A stretch of DNA of 63,641 bases, taken from an uncultured Christensenella sp. (GTDB lineage: Bacteria > Bacillota > Clostridia > Christensenellales > CAG-138). Positions 52,608-61,963 of this stretch are shown piece by piece. The DNA is taken from positions 1 through 63,641 of the forward strand of contig CAYRQM010000006.1 in assembly GCA_964426415.1 (NCBI GenBank), in the 5' to 3' direction. Numbering within the stretch: position 1 is the stretch's first letter; each line of letters begins with the position of its first letter. The notes under the pieces are model-generated. The model was not told where the DNA came from. It was given only the letters and a program-made list of their open reading frames with translations, and ran no database searches. Made by a program: the position numbers and the translations under genes.

Positions 52608-53276
52608 ATGGGAACATTTGTTGCGTGGCTGAACGAAACATTCTTTGCGTTCGACCATGGAATTATCGATTGGATACACGGACTATTGCGCAATGGGGCA
52701 TTTTGGGCGCCGTGCATGACGTTTATCGGACACGGGCTTATCATGGTCGCGTTTGCGCTGGTACTGTTTTTGTTCGCACCGACCCGAAAGGGCGCGGTGT
52801 GCTTGGTGGTGTCCGTGCTGATTGGCGCCGTCATCACCAATTTGCTCCTAAAGGATTGGATTGCAAGGCCGCGTCCGTTTGCCGAGAATGAAACGTATCG
52901 GCTTTGGTGGCAGATGCTGGGCGCAACCGAAGAAACGGACGGCGCGTTCCCGTCGGGGCACGGAACCGCGGCGGCAGCGGGCATGATTGGGCTGTGCTTT
53001 GCAAGCACCAAAAAGCAAAATCGCGTGTTTATCCCCGTGTCGGTGGCGTATTTCCTGCTGGCAGGCGTCGCCCGCATCTACCTGATGGTGCATTATCCCA
53101 CCGATCTTTTGGCGGGCGCGGTCGTGGGGCTTGTGGCAGCTGTGTTGGGCATGCTGTTGGTGCGGCTGCTTTGGAAGCTGTGCAACCGTTGGCGCGGCAT
53201 CAAGCTGTTCCGCTGGTTCTTGGACTTGGACGTCCGACAGCTGTTTCAAAAACGGCAAAAGCCTGCCGCCGTGTGA
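52608..53276 (+). CDS. PAP2 family phosphatase (possible undecaprenyl-pyrophosphate phosphatase)
   Basis: LKDWIARPRP, FPSGH and ARIYLMVHYPTD. Confidence 0.9.
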   Translation: MGTFVAWLNETFFAFDHGIIDWIHGLLRNGAFWAPCMTFIGHGLIMVAFALVLFLFAPTRKGAVCLVVSVLIGAVITNLLLKDWIARPRPFAENETYRLWWQMLGATEETDGAFPSGHGTAAAAGMIGLCFASTKKQNRVFIPVSVAYFLLAGVARIYLMVHYPTDLLAGAVVGLVAAVLGMLLVRLLWKLCNRWRGIKLFRWFLDLDVRQLFQKRQKPAAV

Positions 53277-53287
53277 CGATGAAAAAT

Positions 53288-53322
53288 AAGAATCTCTCTT
53301 TTCGGAGGGATTCTTTTTGTTT
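53288..53322. terminator. Bidirectional terminator between convergent genes
   Basis: aagaatctctc-ttttcg-gagggattctt flanked by A and T runs. Confidence 0.7.
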
Positions 53323-53965
53323 AAGCAAGTACGGTTCGAACCAGTTCGGCAAAATCGGAAAAGACGGGTGCGCCGGTACGCTTTAAGACGGCTTCGGACT
53401 GGTGTCCGCCCGTCACAAGCATGCAGGGCGCGCCGACAGCGGACGCGGCGGCAAAATCGTGGTCGGTGTCGCCGAGGAACAACACGTTTTCGGGGCGTTC
53501 TCCGTGTTCCAAAAGGCGCATGCGGGCGCGCTCCACCTTGGAATGGGCAAGGTCGTCGTTCATGCCCACCAAATCGTCAAAGTAGGACGATACGCCAAAC
53601 TGCTGCGCCTGCTCGATGAGCCGCTCCTGCTTGGTGGCGGAAAGCAGCATTTGCGAGACGCCCGCCCGTTGGAACGCTTGCAGCGCCTGCACCGCGCCCA
53701 CCCGCAGCGGACATTGCCGATATTGCGCGGCGTAGCGCGCGTTGAATTCCACGGACAGCGCTTCGTAGGATTCGTCCGAAAAGGTGTAGCCCAAAACGCG
53801 ATAATAGTCGCAGATGGGGAAGGAGAACGTGTCTGAGTAGCGCGCCAAATCGGGAATTTCGGGCATCCTGCGGTTGCGCAGCATCTCGTTTTCAATCTCG
53901 TAGCACAGCAGCACATCATCCAAAATGGTGCCGTTCCAATCCCATACCAATACCTTCGGCGGCAT
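53321..53965 (-). CDS. HAD-superfamily hydrolase (phosphoglycolate phosphatase-like)
   Basis: WDWNGTILDD, LLSA and FLGDTDHD; SD aaggag before MPPKV. Confidence 0.88.
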   Translation of the reverse strand: MPPKVLVWDWNGTILDDVLLCYEIENEMLRNRRMPEIPDLARYSDTFSFPICDYYRVLGYTFSDESYEALSVEFNARYAAQYRQCPLRVGAVQALQAFQRAGVSQMLLSATKQERLIEQAQQFGVSSYFDDLVGMNDDLAHSKVERARMRLLEHGERPENVLFLGDTDHDFAAASAVGAPCMLVTGGHQSEAVLKRTGAPVFSDFAELVRTVLA

Positions 53966-54097
53966 AAAAAGCTCCTTCGTTGTTCCAATTTGTATGGATT
54001 TCATTATACAGTATTTACAAAAGCGTTGCAAGTGTCGGCTTGCCACGACGGCAGTTTCGTTGTACAATAAGAGGAAGAATCATCTACGGAGGCACCT

Positions 54098-56644
54098 ATG
54101 ACGAAAAAGAAAAGCACCGCGAAGAAAGCGACTGCCGTCCCCGCAGCCAAAAAGACGGCGGAGGAGCAGGCGCGGGCTTCTCGTATTTCCATAGAGGTGT
54201 TTGGCGTGGTGCTGGTTGCCATCGGCGCGCTGTTCTCGGTGTACCTGTACAGCGGTTCGCAGGATTGGCTCGGCACAATCATCTCCTCGTTTTTGTTGGG
54301 CATGAACGGCATGTTCGGCTATGCCATGCCCGTTTTGCTCATCCTCATTGGGCTGCTCATCATCCTGACGGGGCGCAAGTCCCCCATTCGCGGCTCCATC
54401 ATCACGGGCGTGCTGGCGTTCTACTTCGTCATCTGCGTGTTCCATCTCACCACCTCCGTGACGCTCACCCAACAAACACAGGTGGGCGCCGAAGGCTACA
54501 CTTTTGGCGACTACTTCACCCAATACTTCAAGCAATATGCGCTGGCGTGGAATGAAGGCGTCGAGCAAGGGCTTGGCGGCGGCGTGCTGGGCATGTTCCT
54601 CACCGCGATTCTCTATGTGGTGGGCGGCAAGGTGCTGTGCTGGGTCGTGTCCGTTTGCGGCATCGTCGTCTGCACCCTGTTCTGCACGGGCATCTCCATC
54701 AAGGCGTACACCGATGCGTTCGGCTCCAAGGTCAAAGAAAAGATCGAACAGCTCGAACAGGATCGAGAGCATTGGGAGGAGGACGACCCCGCTGCGCCAA
54801 AGCCCAAGCGCGACTGGAAGAATTTCGCCGCCGACGCATCCACAGACGATGCGCCCGCCCGCACTTCCGCGCCCAAGAAAACCAAGCATATTCCCTTTGA
54901 CGAGGAATTTACCGTTCCTGCCGCCGAGCCGAAACCCCAAACGCCCGTCGAAAAGCCCAAGGCGGCAGACCCGCAGTTTTTGCCGACCACGGGGCGCATC
55001 AAGCGCACCGAGGACGACGTTTTGGTGATCCCGCCAAAGACCGAAGCAGAGCCTGCAAAGCCCGTCAAAAAGGCGGAGCCCAAGCCCAACGCGACTGCGG
55101 ACGACCTGCCGCTGCCCACGGCGGACGTCAAGCCCGCACAACCGATTCCGCTGTATCTGCCGCCGTCGTTGGATTGTCTCAACAAGGCACGCGAGACGTT
55201 TGCTAAGAGCGCCGAGAACCCGCACGCAACGGCGCGCCTGCTGGAAGAAACCCTCGAAAGCTTCCAAATCGGTGCGACCGTCGTCAACATTTCCATCGGG
55301 CCCGTGGTGACGCGCTACGAGCTGCAGCCCGCGCCCGGCGTACGCGTCAGCCGCATCACGGCATTGAGCAACGACATTGCGCTGGCGTTGGCGGCGCCGC
55401 GGGTGCGCATCGAAGCGCCGATTCCCGGCAAAGCCGCCGTCGGAATCGAAGTTCCCAACAAGGACGCGGCGACGGTTCTGCTGCGCGACATCGTCGAAAG
55501 CGACGAATTCCAAAACAGCAAGTCCACGGTGTCCATGGCGCTGGGAAAGGACATCGCGGGCAAGATCATCGTGGCAGACCTCGGCAAGATGCCGCATATG
55601 CTGATTGCGGGCGCCACCGGTTCGGGCAAGAGCGTCTGCATCAACGACCTCATCATCTCCATGATCTACAAATCCTCTCCGCAGGACTTGCAGCTCATTT
55701 TGATCGACCCCAAGATGGTCGAATTGAACGTCTACGGCACGCTTCCGCACCTGCTGATCCCCGTCGTGACCGAGCCGAAGAAGGCGGCAAGCGCTTTACG
55801 CTGGGCGGTCAACGAAATGACGACGCGGTACAAGAAGTTCTCCGAATCGGGTGCGCGGGAGCTGGCGCGCTACAACGCGCTGATGGACGACCCGAAAAAG
55901 CGCATTCCCAAGCTGGTCATCATCATCGACGAGCTGGCGGATCTCATGATGGTCGCCGCCGACGACGTAGAGGATTCCATCTGCCGCATCGCACAGCTTG
56001 GCCGTGCGGCGGGCATTCATCTGATTGTGGCGACGCAGCGCCCCTCCGCCGACATCATCACGGGGCTCATCAAGGCAAACATTCCGTCGCGCTGCGCGTT
56101 TGCGGTCAGCTCCGCCATCGATTCCCGCATCATTCTGGACGCGACGGGCGCCGAAAAGCTGCTCGGACGCGGCGATATGCTGTTCCATCCCAACGGCGCG
56201 GGCAAGCCCACCCGCTTGCAGTGCGCGTTCGTATCCGACGAAGAGGTCGATCGCGTCATGGCACATTTCAAGAAGGACGCGGCGCAGTTTGACCACGACA
56301 TCGTGGACGAAATCAACAACGAGGCCAAGGGCGGCGCACAGGGCGGCGTGTTCGGCGAAGGCAAGCAGGAAGACGAGCTTTTGGGCGAAGCGGTGCGCGT
56401 CGTGCTGGACAACGGGCAAGCGTCCATCTCCATGATTCAGCGGCGTCTGCGGGTGGGCTATGCCCGCGCGGCACGCTTGGTCGATATGATGGAGCAAAAG
56501 AAATACGTTTCCGGCTTTGACGGCAGCAAACCGCGGCAGGTGCTGATCACCCGTTCCGAATTCGACCGCATCTTTGGCGACGGCGGCGACCCCGAGGCGG
56601 AGCCGATGGACGCGGCGGACGATACGGAGGATCCCGAAGTATGA
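54098..56644 (+). CDS. ftsK: DNA translocase FtsK/SpoIIIE
   Basis: N-terminal TM domain, RIEAPIPGK, PHMLIAGATGSGKS, IIIDELADLMM, ATQRPS and gamma domain QRRLRVGYARAARL. Confidence 0.96.
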   Translation: MTKKKSTAKKATAVPAAKKTAEEQARASRISIEVFGVVLVAIGALFSVYLYSGSQDWLGTIISSFLLGMNGMFGYAMPVLLILIGLLIILTGRKSPIRGSIITGVLAFYFVICVFHLTTSVTLTQQTQVGAEGYTFGDYFTQYFKQYALAWNEGVEQGLGGGVLGMFLTAILYVVGGKVLCWVVSVCGIVVCTLFCTGISIKAYTDAFGSKVKEKIEQLEQDREHWEEDDPAAPKPKRDWKNFAADASTDDAPARTSAPKKTKHIPFDEEFTVPAAEPKPQTPVEKPKAADPQFLPTTGRIKRTEDDVLVIPPKTEAEPAKPVKKAEPKPNATADDLPLPTADVKPAQPIPLYLPPSLDCLNKARETFAKSAENPHATARLLEETLESFQIGATVVNISIGPVVTRYELQPAPGVRVSRITALSNDIALALAAPRVRIEAPIPGKAAVGIEVPNKDAATVLLRDIVESDEFQNSKSTVSMALGKDIAGKIIVADLGKMPHMLIAGATGSGKSVCINDLIISMIYKSSPQDLQLILIDPKMVELNVYGTLPHLLIPVVTEPKKAASALRWAVNEMTTRYKKFSESGARELARYNALMDDPKKRIPKLVIIIDELADLMMVAADDVEDSICRIAQLGRAAGIHLIVATQRPSADIITGLIKANIPSRCAFAVSSAIDSRIILDATGAEKLLGRGDMLFHPNGAGKPTRLQCAFVSDEEVDRVMAHFKKDAAQFDHDIVDEINNEAKGGAQGGVFGEGKQEDELLGEAVRVVLDNGQASISMIQRRLRVGYARAARLVDMMEQKKYVSGFDGSKPRQVLITRSEFDRIFGDGGDPEAEPMDAADDTEDPEV

Positions 56645-57930
56645 ACGTTGGCGTGATCTCGCTGGGCTGTGCCAAGAACCAAGTGGACACCGAAACCATG
56701 CTGGGCTATTTGGACGCGGCAGGCTATCGGTTTGTTGCAGAGCCCGCTAAGGCAGATGTTCTGATTGTCAACACCTGCGGGTTCATCACGCCCGCCAAGG
56801 AAGAATCCATCCAAGCCATCTTGGAGATGGCGCGTTACAAGGCGCACGGCAGATGCAAGGCGCTGGTGGTCACAGGCTGCCTTTCCCAACGCTATCGGCA
56901 GGAGCTGACAGACGAAATGCCCGAAGTCGATCTCTTTTTGGGCGTGCGCGAATACGAAACGCTGCCCCAAAAACTCGCCGCGCTGTTGGGCGTTCCCTGT
57001 CCCGACGTGACGAAACATTCGCGGCTTTTGGTGACGCCGCCTTATCGCGCCTACCTGCGCGTCGGCGACGGCTGCAACAATCGCTGCGCCTACTGCGCCA
57101 TCCCGCTGATTCGGGGCGACCTGCAAAGCGTACCCAAAGAACAGCTGCTGGACGAAGCCAAACGGCTTGCCGACGGCGGCGTGACGGAGCTGACGGTCAT
57201 CGCGCAGGATACGTCGGGCTACGGCAAAGACCTTTACGGGCAGCCGCAGCTGATTCCGCTGCTGAAAGCATTGGATCGCGTGGACGGACTGCGCTGGGTG
57301 CGGCTTCTCTACACCTATCCCGACACGGTGACGCCCGCGCTTTTAGATACCTTGGCGGCAGGTGAAAAGCTCGTTCCGTATCTGGACATCCCGCTGCAGC
57401 ACTGCAACGATGCGCTGCTCCAAAAAATGCATCGGCGTGGCGACAAGGCGCACATCCAACAGGTGCTGAATCACCTCTACGCGCACTATCCCGATTTCAC
57501 CCTGCGTACCACCATGATGGTGGGGTTCCCTTCCGAAACGGACGCGCAGTTTTCGGAGCTACTCACCTTCCTGCGCGATTACCCGTTCGACCGCGTGGGC
57601 GCGTTCGTCTTCTCGCCCGAGGAGGGAACGACCGCCGCCGCCATGGAAGACCAAGTGCAAGCCGACGTGGCGCAGGCGCGCTACGATGCGCTGATGGCGC
57701 AGCAACAGACCATTTCACAAAAGCGAAACGAACGCTGGCTCGGCAGAACGCTGACGATGCTCATTGAGGAAACGGGCATGGACGGCACCTTCGGCCGCAC
57801 CGTGCGGGAAGCGCCCGACGCCGACGGACAGGTGCGCATCGCGCCCGATTTCCGCCATGAGGCGGGGCAGTACCTTCCCGTGCGGCTCATCAAGGCAGAC
57901 CCATATGACATGATCGGAGAACCAATATGA
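56641..57930 (+). CDS. rimO: Ribosomal protein S12 methylthiotransferase
   Basis: SLGCAKNQVD, NTCGFI, radical SAM GCNNRCAYC, IAQDT, YLDIPLQH and APDADG. Confidence 0.93.
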   Translation: MNVGVISLGCAKNQVDTETMLGYLDAAGYRFVAEPAKADVLIVNTCGFITPAKEESIQAILEMARYKAHGRCKALVVTGCLSQRYRQELTDEMPEVDLFLGVREYETLPQKLAALLGVPCPDVTKHSRLLVTPPYRAYLRVGDGCNNRCAYCAIPLIRGDLQSVPKEQLLDEAKRLADGGVTELTVIAQDTSGYGKDLYGQPQLIPLLKALDRVDGLRWVRLLYTYPDTVTPALLDTLAAGEKLVPYLDIPLQHCNDALLQKMHRRGDKAHIQQVLNHLYAHYPDFTLRTTMMVGFPSETDAQFSELLTFLRDYPFDRVGAFVFSPEEGTTAAAMEDQVQADVAQARYDALMAQQQTISQKRNERWLGRTLTMLIEETGMDGTFGRTVREAPDADGQVRIAPDFRHEAGQYLPVRLIKADPYDMIGEPI

Positions 57931-58520
57931 ATTTTGCCAACAAGCTCACCCTCCTGCGCATTTTGCTCGTTCCCGTCTTTATTGCGTCGCTGTACCTGCC
58001 GCAGATTTTTCCCGCGACCATCACTTGGTATCGCTGGCTTGCGGCGCTCATCTTCCTGTTTGCGGCGCTGACCGACATCTTTGACGGCAAGTACGCCCGC
58101 AAGCACCATTTGGTCACCGACTTCGGCAAGCTGATGGATCCCATCGCCGACAAGCTCCTGACCGTTTCGGCGCTCATCATGCTGATTGTGTTGGAGGACG
58201 GCACAGAGCACGCGCTGTTGCACCCCATCGAGGCGATTGTGCTCATCGCGCGCGAATTCATCATCTCAGGCTTTCGCCTGATCGCCGCGTCGAAGGGAGT
58301 GGTGATCGCAGCGGGCAAGCTAGGCAAGCTCAAAACCACCTGCATGGACATCGGCATCGTGGCGCTGCTCCTGTACGAGCAGTTCCCGTTCCGCTACCTC
58401 AATCCGGCGCTGGACATCATCGTCCACATCTTCATGTATCTCACTTTGGCGCTGTCGGTGGTGTCCTGCATCGAATACATCGTCAAGAACAAAGAGGTCA
58501 TCAATTTCCATGATTGCTGA
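57927..58520 (+). CDS. pgsA: CDP-diacylglycerol--glycerol-3-phosphate 3-phosphatidyltransferase
   Basis: NKLTLLRI, TDIFDGKYARK..VTDFGKLMDPIADK and GKLKT. Confidence 0.94.
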   Translation: MNFANKLTLLRILLVPVFIASLYLPQIFPATITWYRWLAALIFLFAALTDIFDGKYARKHHLVTDFGKLMDPIADKLLTVSALIMLIVLEDGTEHALLHPIEAIVLIAREFIISGFRLIAASKGVVIAAGKLGKLKTTCMDIGIVALLLYEQFPFRYLNPALDIIVHIFMYLTLALSVVSCIEYIVKNKEVINFHDC

Positions 58521-59772
58521 ATTAATCTGCGTCGGCACCGAGCTGCTCATGGGGCAGGTGCTCAACACCGACGCCCAATACATCGCCGAATCCATCGCGC
58601 CGATCGGCGTCGATCTGTACCGACAAATCGTGGTGGGCGACAATCCGCCGCGGCTCACGGAAGCGGTGCAGACGGCGCTTGCCCGTGCCGACATCCTCAT
58701 TCTGTCGGGCGGACTCGGCCCCACCGACGACGATCTCACCAAAGAAACCGTCGCCCAAGCGCTGGGGCAAACGCTGACGCTGTATGAGGACGAATGGCAA
58801 AAGATTCAGGCGTACTTTCAAAGCAAGGGTCGCGTGTGTACGCCCAACAACCAAAAGCAAGCCATGTTCCCGCGTCCATGCATCCTGCTGCCCAACCCCA
58901 ACGGCACCGCGCCGGGCTGCATCATGGAGCAGGGCGACAAAGCGGCGATTCTGCTGCCGGGGCCGCCAAGGGAGCTGTTTCCCATGTTCCGCGATTTCGT
59001 CATGCCCTATTTAGAAGCGCGCAGCGGGCATCGGCTCTATTCGCGGGAGGTGCGCATCTTTGGCATGGGCGAATCCGACGTCACCAATCGGTTGGACGCG
59101 CTCATCAAGCGCCAAACCAACCCCACCATCGCGCCCTATGTCAAAACGAGCGAAGTCACGCTGCGGGTCACGGCAACGTGCCAATCCGTCGCCGAGGGCG
59201 AAGCGCTTGTGGAGCCCGTCCTGCAGGAAATCTGCACGGCGTTGGGCGACGTGGTGTATTCGACCGAGGGCAAATCCCTGCCGGCGTTATGCCATGCGGC
59301 GCTGTGTGCGCGCCGTCAAACGCTGTCCATCGCAGAAAGCTGCACGGGCGGGCTGTTGACGTCCGCATTCGTCGATCTGGCGGGCAGCTCGGCTTATCTG
59401 ATCGAGGGCGACGTCACCTACGCCAACGAGGCGAAGATGCGGCGTCTGGGCGTTTCGGCTGAAACGCTGTCCCAATTTGGGGCGGTTTCGGCACAGTGCG
59501 CCAAGGAGATGGCAGAGGGGATGCGAAACGCGGCGCATACCGATTTCGCTCTTGCCACCACGGGCATTGCGGGCCCCGACGGCGGTACACCCGAAAAGCC
59601 CGTCGGCACGGTGTTTGTGGCGCTTGCCGCAAAGGACGAGACGATTGTCAAGCCGCTGCGCCTGTATGGCGACCGCACACGGATTCGGCAGACGGCGGTG
59701 CTGCACGCATTGGAACTTTTCCGCAAAAAACTCTGTACGAACGCAGGGTTTCATGGTAAAATAGAACAGTAA
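58510..59772 (+). CDS. cinA: Competence/damage-inducible protein CinA
   Basis: VGTELLMG, GGLGPTDDD, GTAPG, LPGPPRE, AESCTGG and TGIAGPDGG. Confidence 0.94.
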   Translation: MIAELICVGTELLMGQVLNTDAQYIAESIAPIGVDLYRQIVVGDNPPRLTEAVQTALARADILILSGGLGPTDDDLTKETVAQALGQTLTLYEDEWQKIQAYFQSKGRVCTPNNQKQAMFPRPCILLPNPNGTAPGCIMEQGDKAAILLPGPPRELFPMFRDFVMPYLEARSGHRLYSREVRIFGMGESDVTNRLDALIKRQTNPTIAPYVKTSEVTLRVTATCQSVAEGEALVEPVLQEICTALGDVVYSTEGKSLPALCHAALCARRQTLSIAESCTGGLLTSAFVDLAGSSAYLIEGDVTYANEAKMRRLGVSAETLSQFGAVSAQCAKEMAEGMRNAAHTDFALATTGIAGPDGGTPEKPVGTVFVALAAKDETIVKPLRLYGDRTRIRQTAVLHALELFRKKLCTNAGFHGKIEQ

Positions 59773-59805
59773 GAACGCGAGAATTCGGTAAAGAGAGGAA
59801 CCACC

Positions 59806-60900
59806 ATGTTAGAAAAAGAAAAAGCATTAGAGATTGCGCTCGGTCAAATCGAAAAGCAGTTTGGCAAAGGCGCCATCATGAAAATGGGCGACGCCACCCG
59901 CGTACCCGTCTCCGTGATTCCGACGGGCTGCATCGACTTGGATGTGGCGTTGGGCGTTGGCGGCGTGCCGCGCGGCCGCGTCATCGAGATCTTCGGGCCT
60001 GAATCCAGCGGCAAAACCACCATCGCGCTGCACATCGTGGCGCAGGCGCAAAAGCTGGGCGGCACGGCGGCATTCATCGATGCAGAACACGCGTTGGATC
60101 CCATCTATGCCGAGCATTTGGGCGTGAATGTGGACGAGCTCTACGTTTCACAGCCCGACCACGGCGAACAGGCGCTTGCCATCGCCGAAGCGTTGGCGCG
60201 CAGCGGCGCGGTGGACATCATCGTCATCGACTCCGTCGCGGCGCTCGTTCCCAAAGCCGAATTGGAAGGCGATGTGGGCGACGCCCATGTCGGGCTGCAG
60301 GCGCGTCTCATGTCGCAGGCGCTGCGGATGTTGACCGGCTGCATCAGCAAAACCAATACGGTCGTCATCTTCATCAACCAGCTGCGTGAAAAGGTCGGCG
60401 TCATGTTCGGCAACCCCGAAACCACCACGGGCGGCAGAGCGCTCAAGTTCTACGCTTCCATCCGCATGGATGTCCGCCGCATCGAAACGCTTAAGTCCGG
60501 CAACGACGCCGTCGGTTCCCGCACCCGCGTCAAGGTCATCAAAAACAAAGTCGCGCCGCCGTTCCGCGTCGCCGAATTCGATATGCTCTATGGCGAGGGC
60601 ATCTCCCGCGAGGGCAGCATCTTGGATATGGCAATCGACCGCCGCATCATCATCAAGTCGGGCTCTTGGTTCTCCTACGGCGATATGCGCTTGGCGCAGG
60701 GCCGCGAGAACGCCCGTGCGTTCCTCAAGGACAATCCGGAGCTGTGCAACGAGATCGAGCAAAAGATTCGCGCCCAAATCGAGGAGCAGCGCCAAAAAGC
60801 CGCCGAGGAAGCCGCCGCCAAGCGCGCCGCCCGCGAAGCGACGCCGCCCACCGCCGAGCCGCCCCAAATCGACGACGACTATCTGCCGCCGGAATTCTAA
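59806..60900 (+). CDS. recA: Recombinase RecA
   Basis: [55 protein letters not shown] and KNKVAPPF. Confidence 0.98.
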   Translation: MLEKEKALEIALGQIEKQFGKGAIMKMGDATRVPVSVIPTGCIDLDVALGVGGVPRGRVIEIFGPESSGKTTIALHIVAQAQKLGGTAAFIDAEHALDPIYAEHLGVNVDELYVSQPDHGEQALAIAEALARSGAVDIIVIDSVAALVPKAELEGDVGDAHVGLQARLMSQALRMLTGCISKTNTVVIFINQLREKVGVMFGNPETTTGGRALKFYASIRMDVRRIETLKSGNDAVGSRTRVKVIKNKVAPPFRVAEFDMLYGEGISREGSILDMAIDRRIIIKSGSWFSYGDMRLAQGRENARAFLKDNPELCNEIEQKIRAQIEEQRQKAAEEAAAKRAAREATPPTAEPPQIDDDYLPPEF

Positions 60901-60943
60901 TCATTCGTCGCCGGCTCGTCGTCATGTACTCCACTATATGCAC

Positions 60944-61150
60944 GGCGCTTTCTTCGGAAAGCGCTGTTTGTCTGCTCCGTCGCGCTCGTCGGCGCGGACT
61001 ACGCTTTACTCTCGGTGGATTCTGCGGAATCCACCGTTCGCCGCTCCGTCGCGCCGCCTCTCCGCAAAAGGTCACGCTCGCTTTGGCTGTTCGGTTGTAA
61101 ACGCCCTCACGACGCCTACGCGGCGCTACCAACCTTTTGCGGGAACACCC
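60944..61150. repeat. Module A (60985-61150) with an upstream partial duplicate (60944-60984)
   Basis: Shares ctcgtcggcgcggact, gctccgtcgcgcc, ctctccgcaaaaggtcacgctcgctt and gctaccaaccttttgcgggaacaccc with 36052-36196. Confidence 0.85.
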
Positions 61151-61783
61151 GTTTACACGTTTTTCGGGGAAGGTACGCAAGAAACACCCCCCTGTCATCC
61201 TGAGCTTCTGCGAAGGATCTCGCGTACAAGCGGGAGATTCTTCCTTGCTTCGCCGCGTCAGAATGACCACGCGGGACGGAAAACACGCGGATTTGTTGAC
61301 ATTTTCATTATGGAACACCCGTTTACACGTTTTTCGGGAGAAGGTACGCAAGAAACACCCCTCTGTCATCCTGCGCTTCTGCGAAGGATCTCGCGTGTAA
61401 GCGGGAGATTCTTCCTTGCTTCGCCGCGTCAGAATGACCACGTGGGACGGAAAACACGCGGATTTGTTGACATTTTCATTAGGGAACACCCGCGTACACG
61501 TTTTTCGGGGAAGGTACGCAAGAAACACCCCCCCTGTCATCCTGAGCTTCTGCGAAGGATCTCGCGTACAAGCGGGAGATTCTTCCTTGCTTCGCCGCGT
61601 CAGAATGACCACGCGGGACGGAAAACACGCGGATTTGTTGACATTTTCATTATGGAACACCCGTTTACACGTTTTTCGGGAGAAGGTACGCAAGAAACAC
61701 CCCTCTGTCATCCTGCGCTTCTGCGAAGGATCTCGCGTGTAAGCGGGAGATTCTTCCTTGCTTCGCCGCGTCAGAATGACCAC
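61142..61783 (+). repeat. Tandem array of four ~171-bp palindromic units (module B) with alternating A-B-A-B variants
   Basis: Units start at 61142, 61312, 61483 and 61654 (periods 170/171/171); the last unit is truncated. Confidence 0.95.
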
Positions 61784-61796
61784 ACGGGGTATAACT

Positions 61797-61849
61797 AAAA
61801 TGGCGGCAGCGCCGCCATTCCCAAAATTTCTTCATTCCTTCATTCTCGT
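61797..61849. repeat. Module C (hairpin plus TTCATT micro-repeats)
   Basis: aaaatggcggc-agc-gccgccatt..aaaatttcttcattccttcattctcgt is the reverse complement of 46382-46442. Confidence 0.8.
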
Positions 61850-61963
61850 TGCCATCCTTCACTTTAGCGTAGGCTGACCATGCGGCGCGGGCGGCACGCA
61901 AATTGTTGCCTTCGTTTCGGATTACCCGTGCAGCGTTCTGTGCAACCCAAACGAAACCGCTAT

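Noticed and set aside
59730..59805. LexA (GAAC-N4-GTTC) box upstream of recA
   Set aside because: Several GAAC half-sites occur but none completes the palindrome
61142..61783. CRISPR array
   Set aside because: The units are ~171 bp and nearly identical along their length, with no unique spacers and no cas genes in the window
60386..61798. 470-aa (+) and 352-aa (-) ORFs running through the array
   Set aside because: They overlap recA out of frame and stay open mainly because the 171-bp period is a multiple of 3; no SD or protein-like composition
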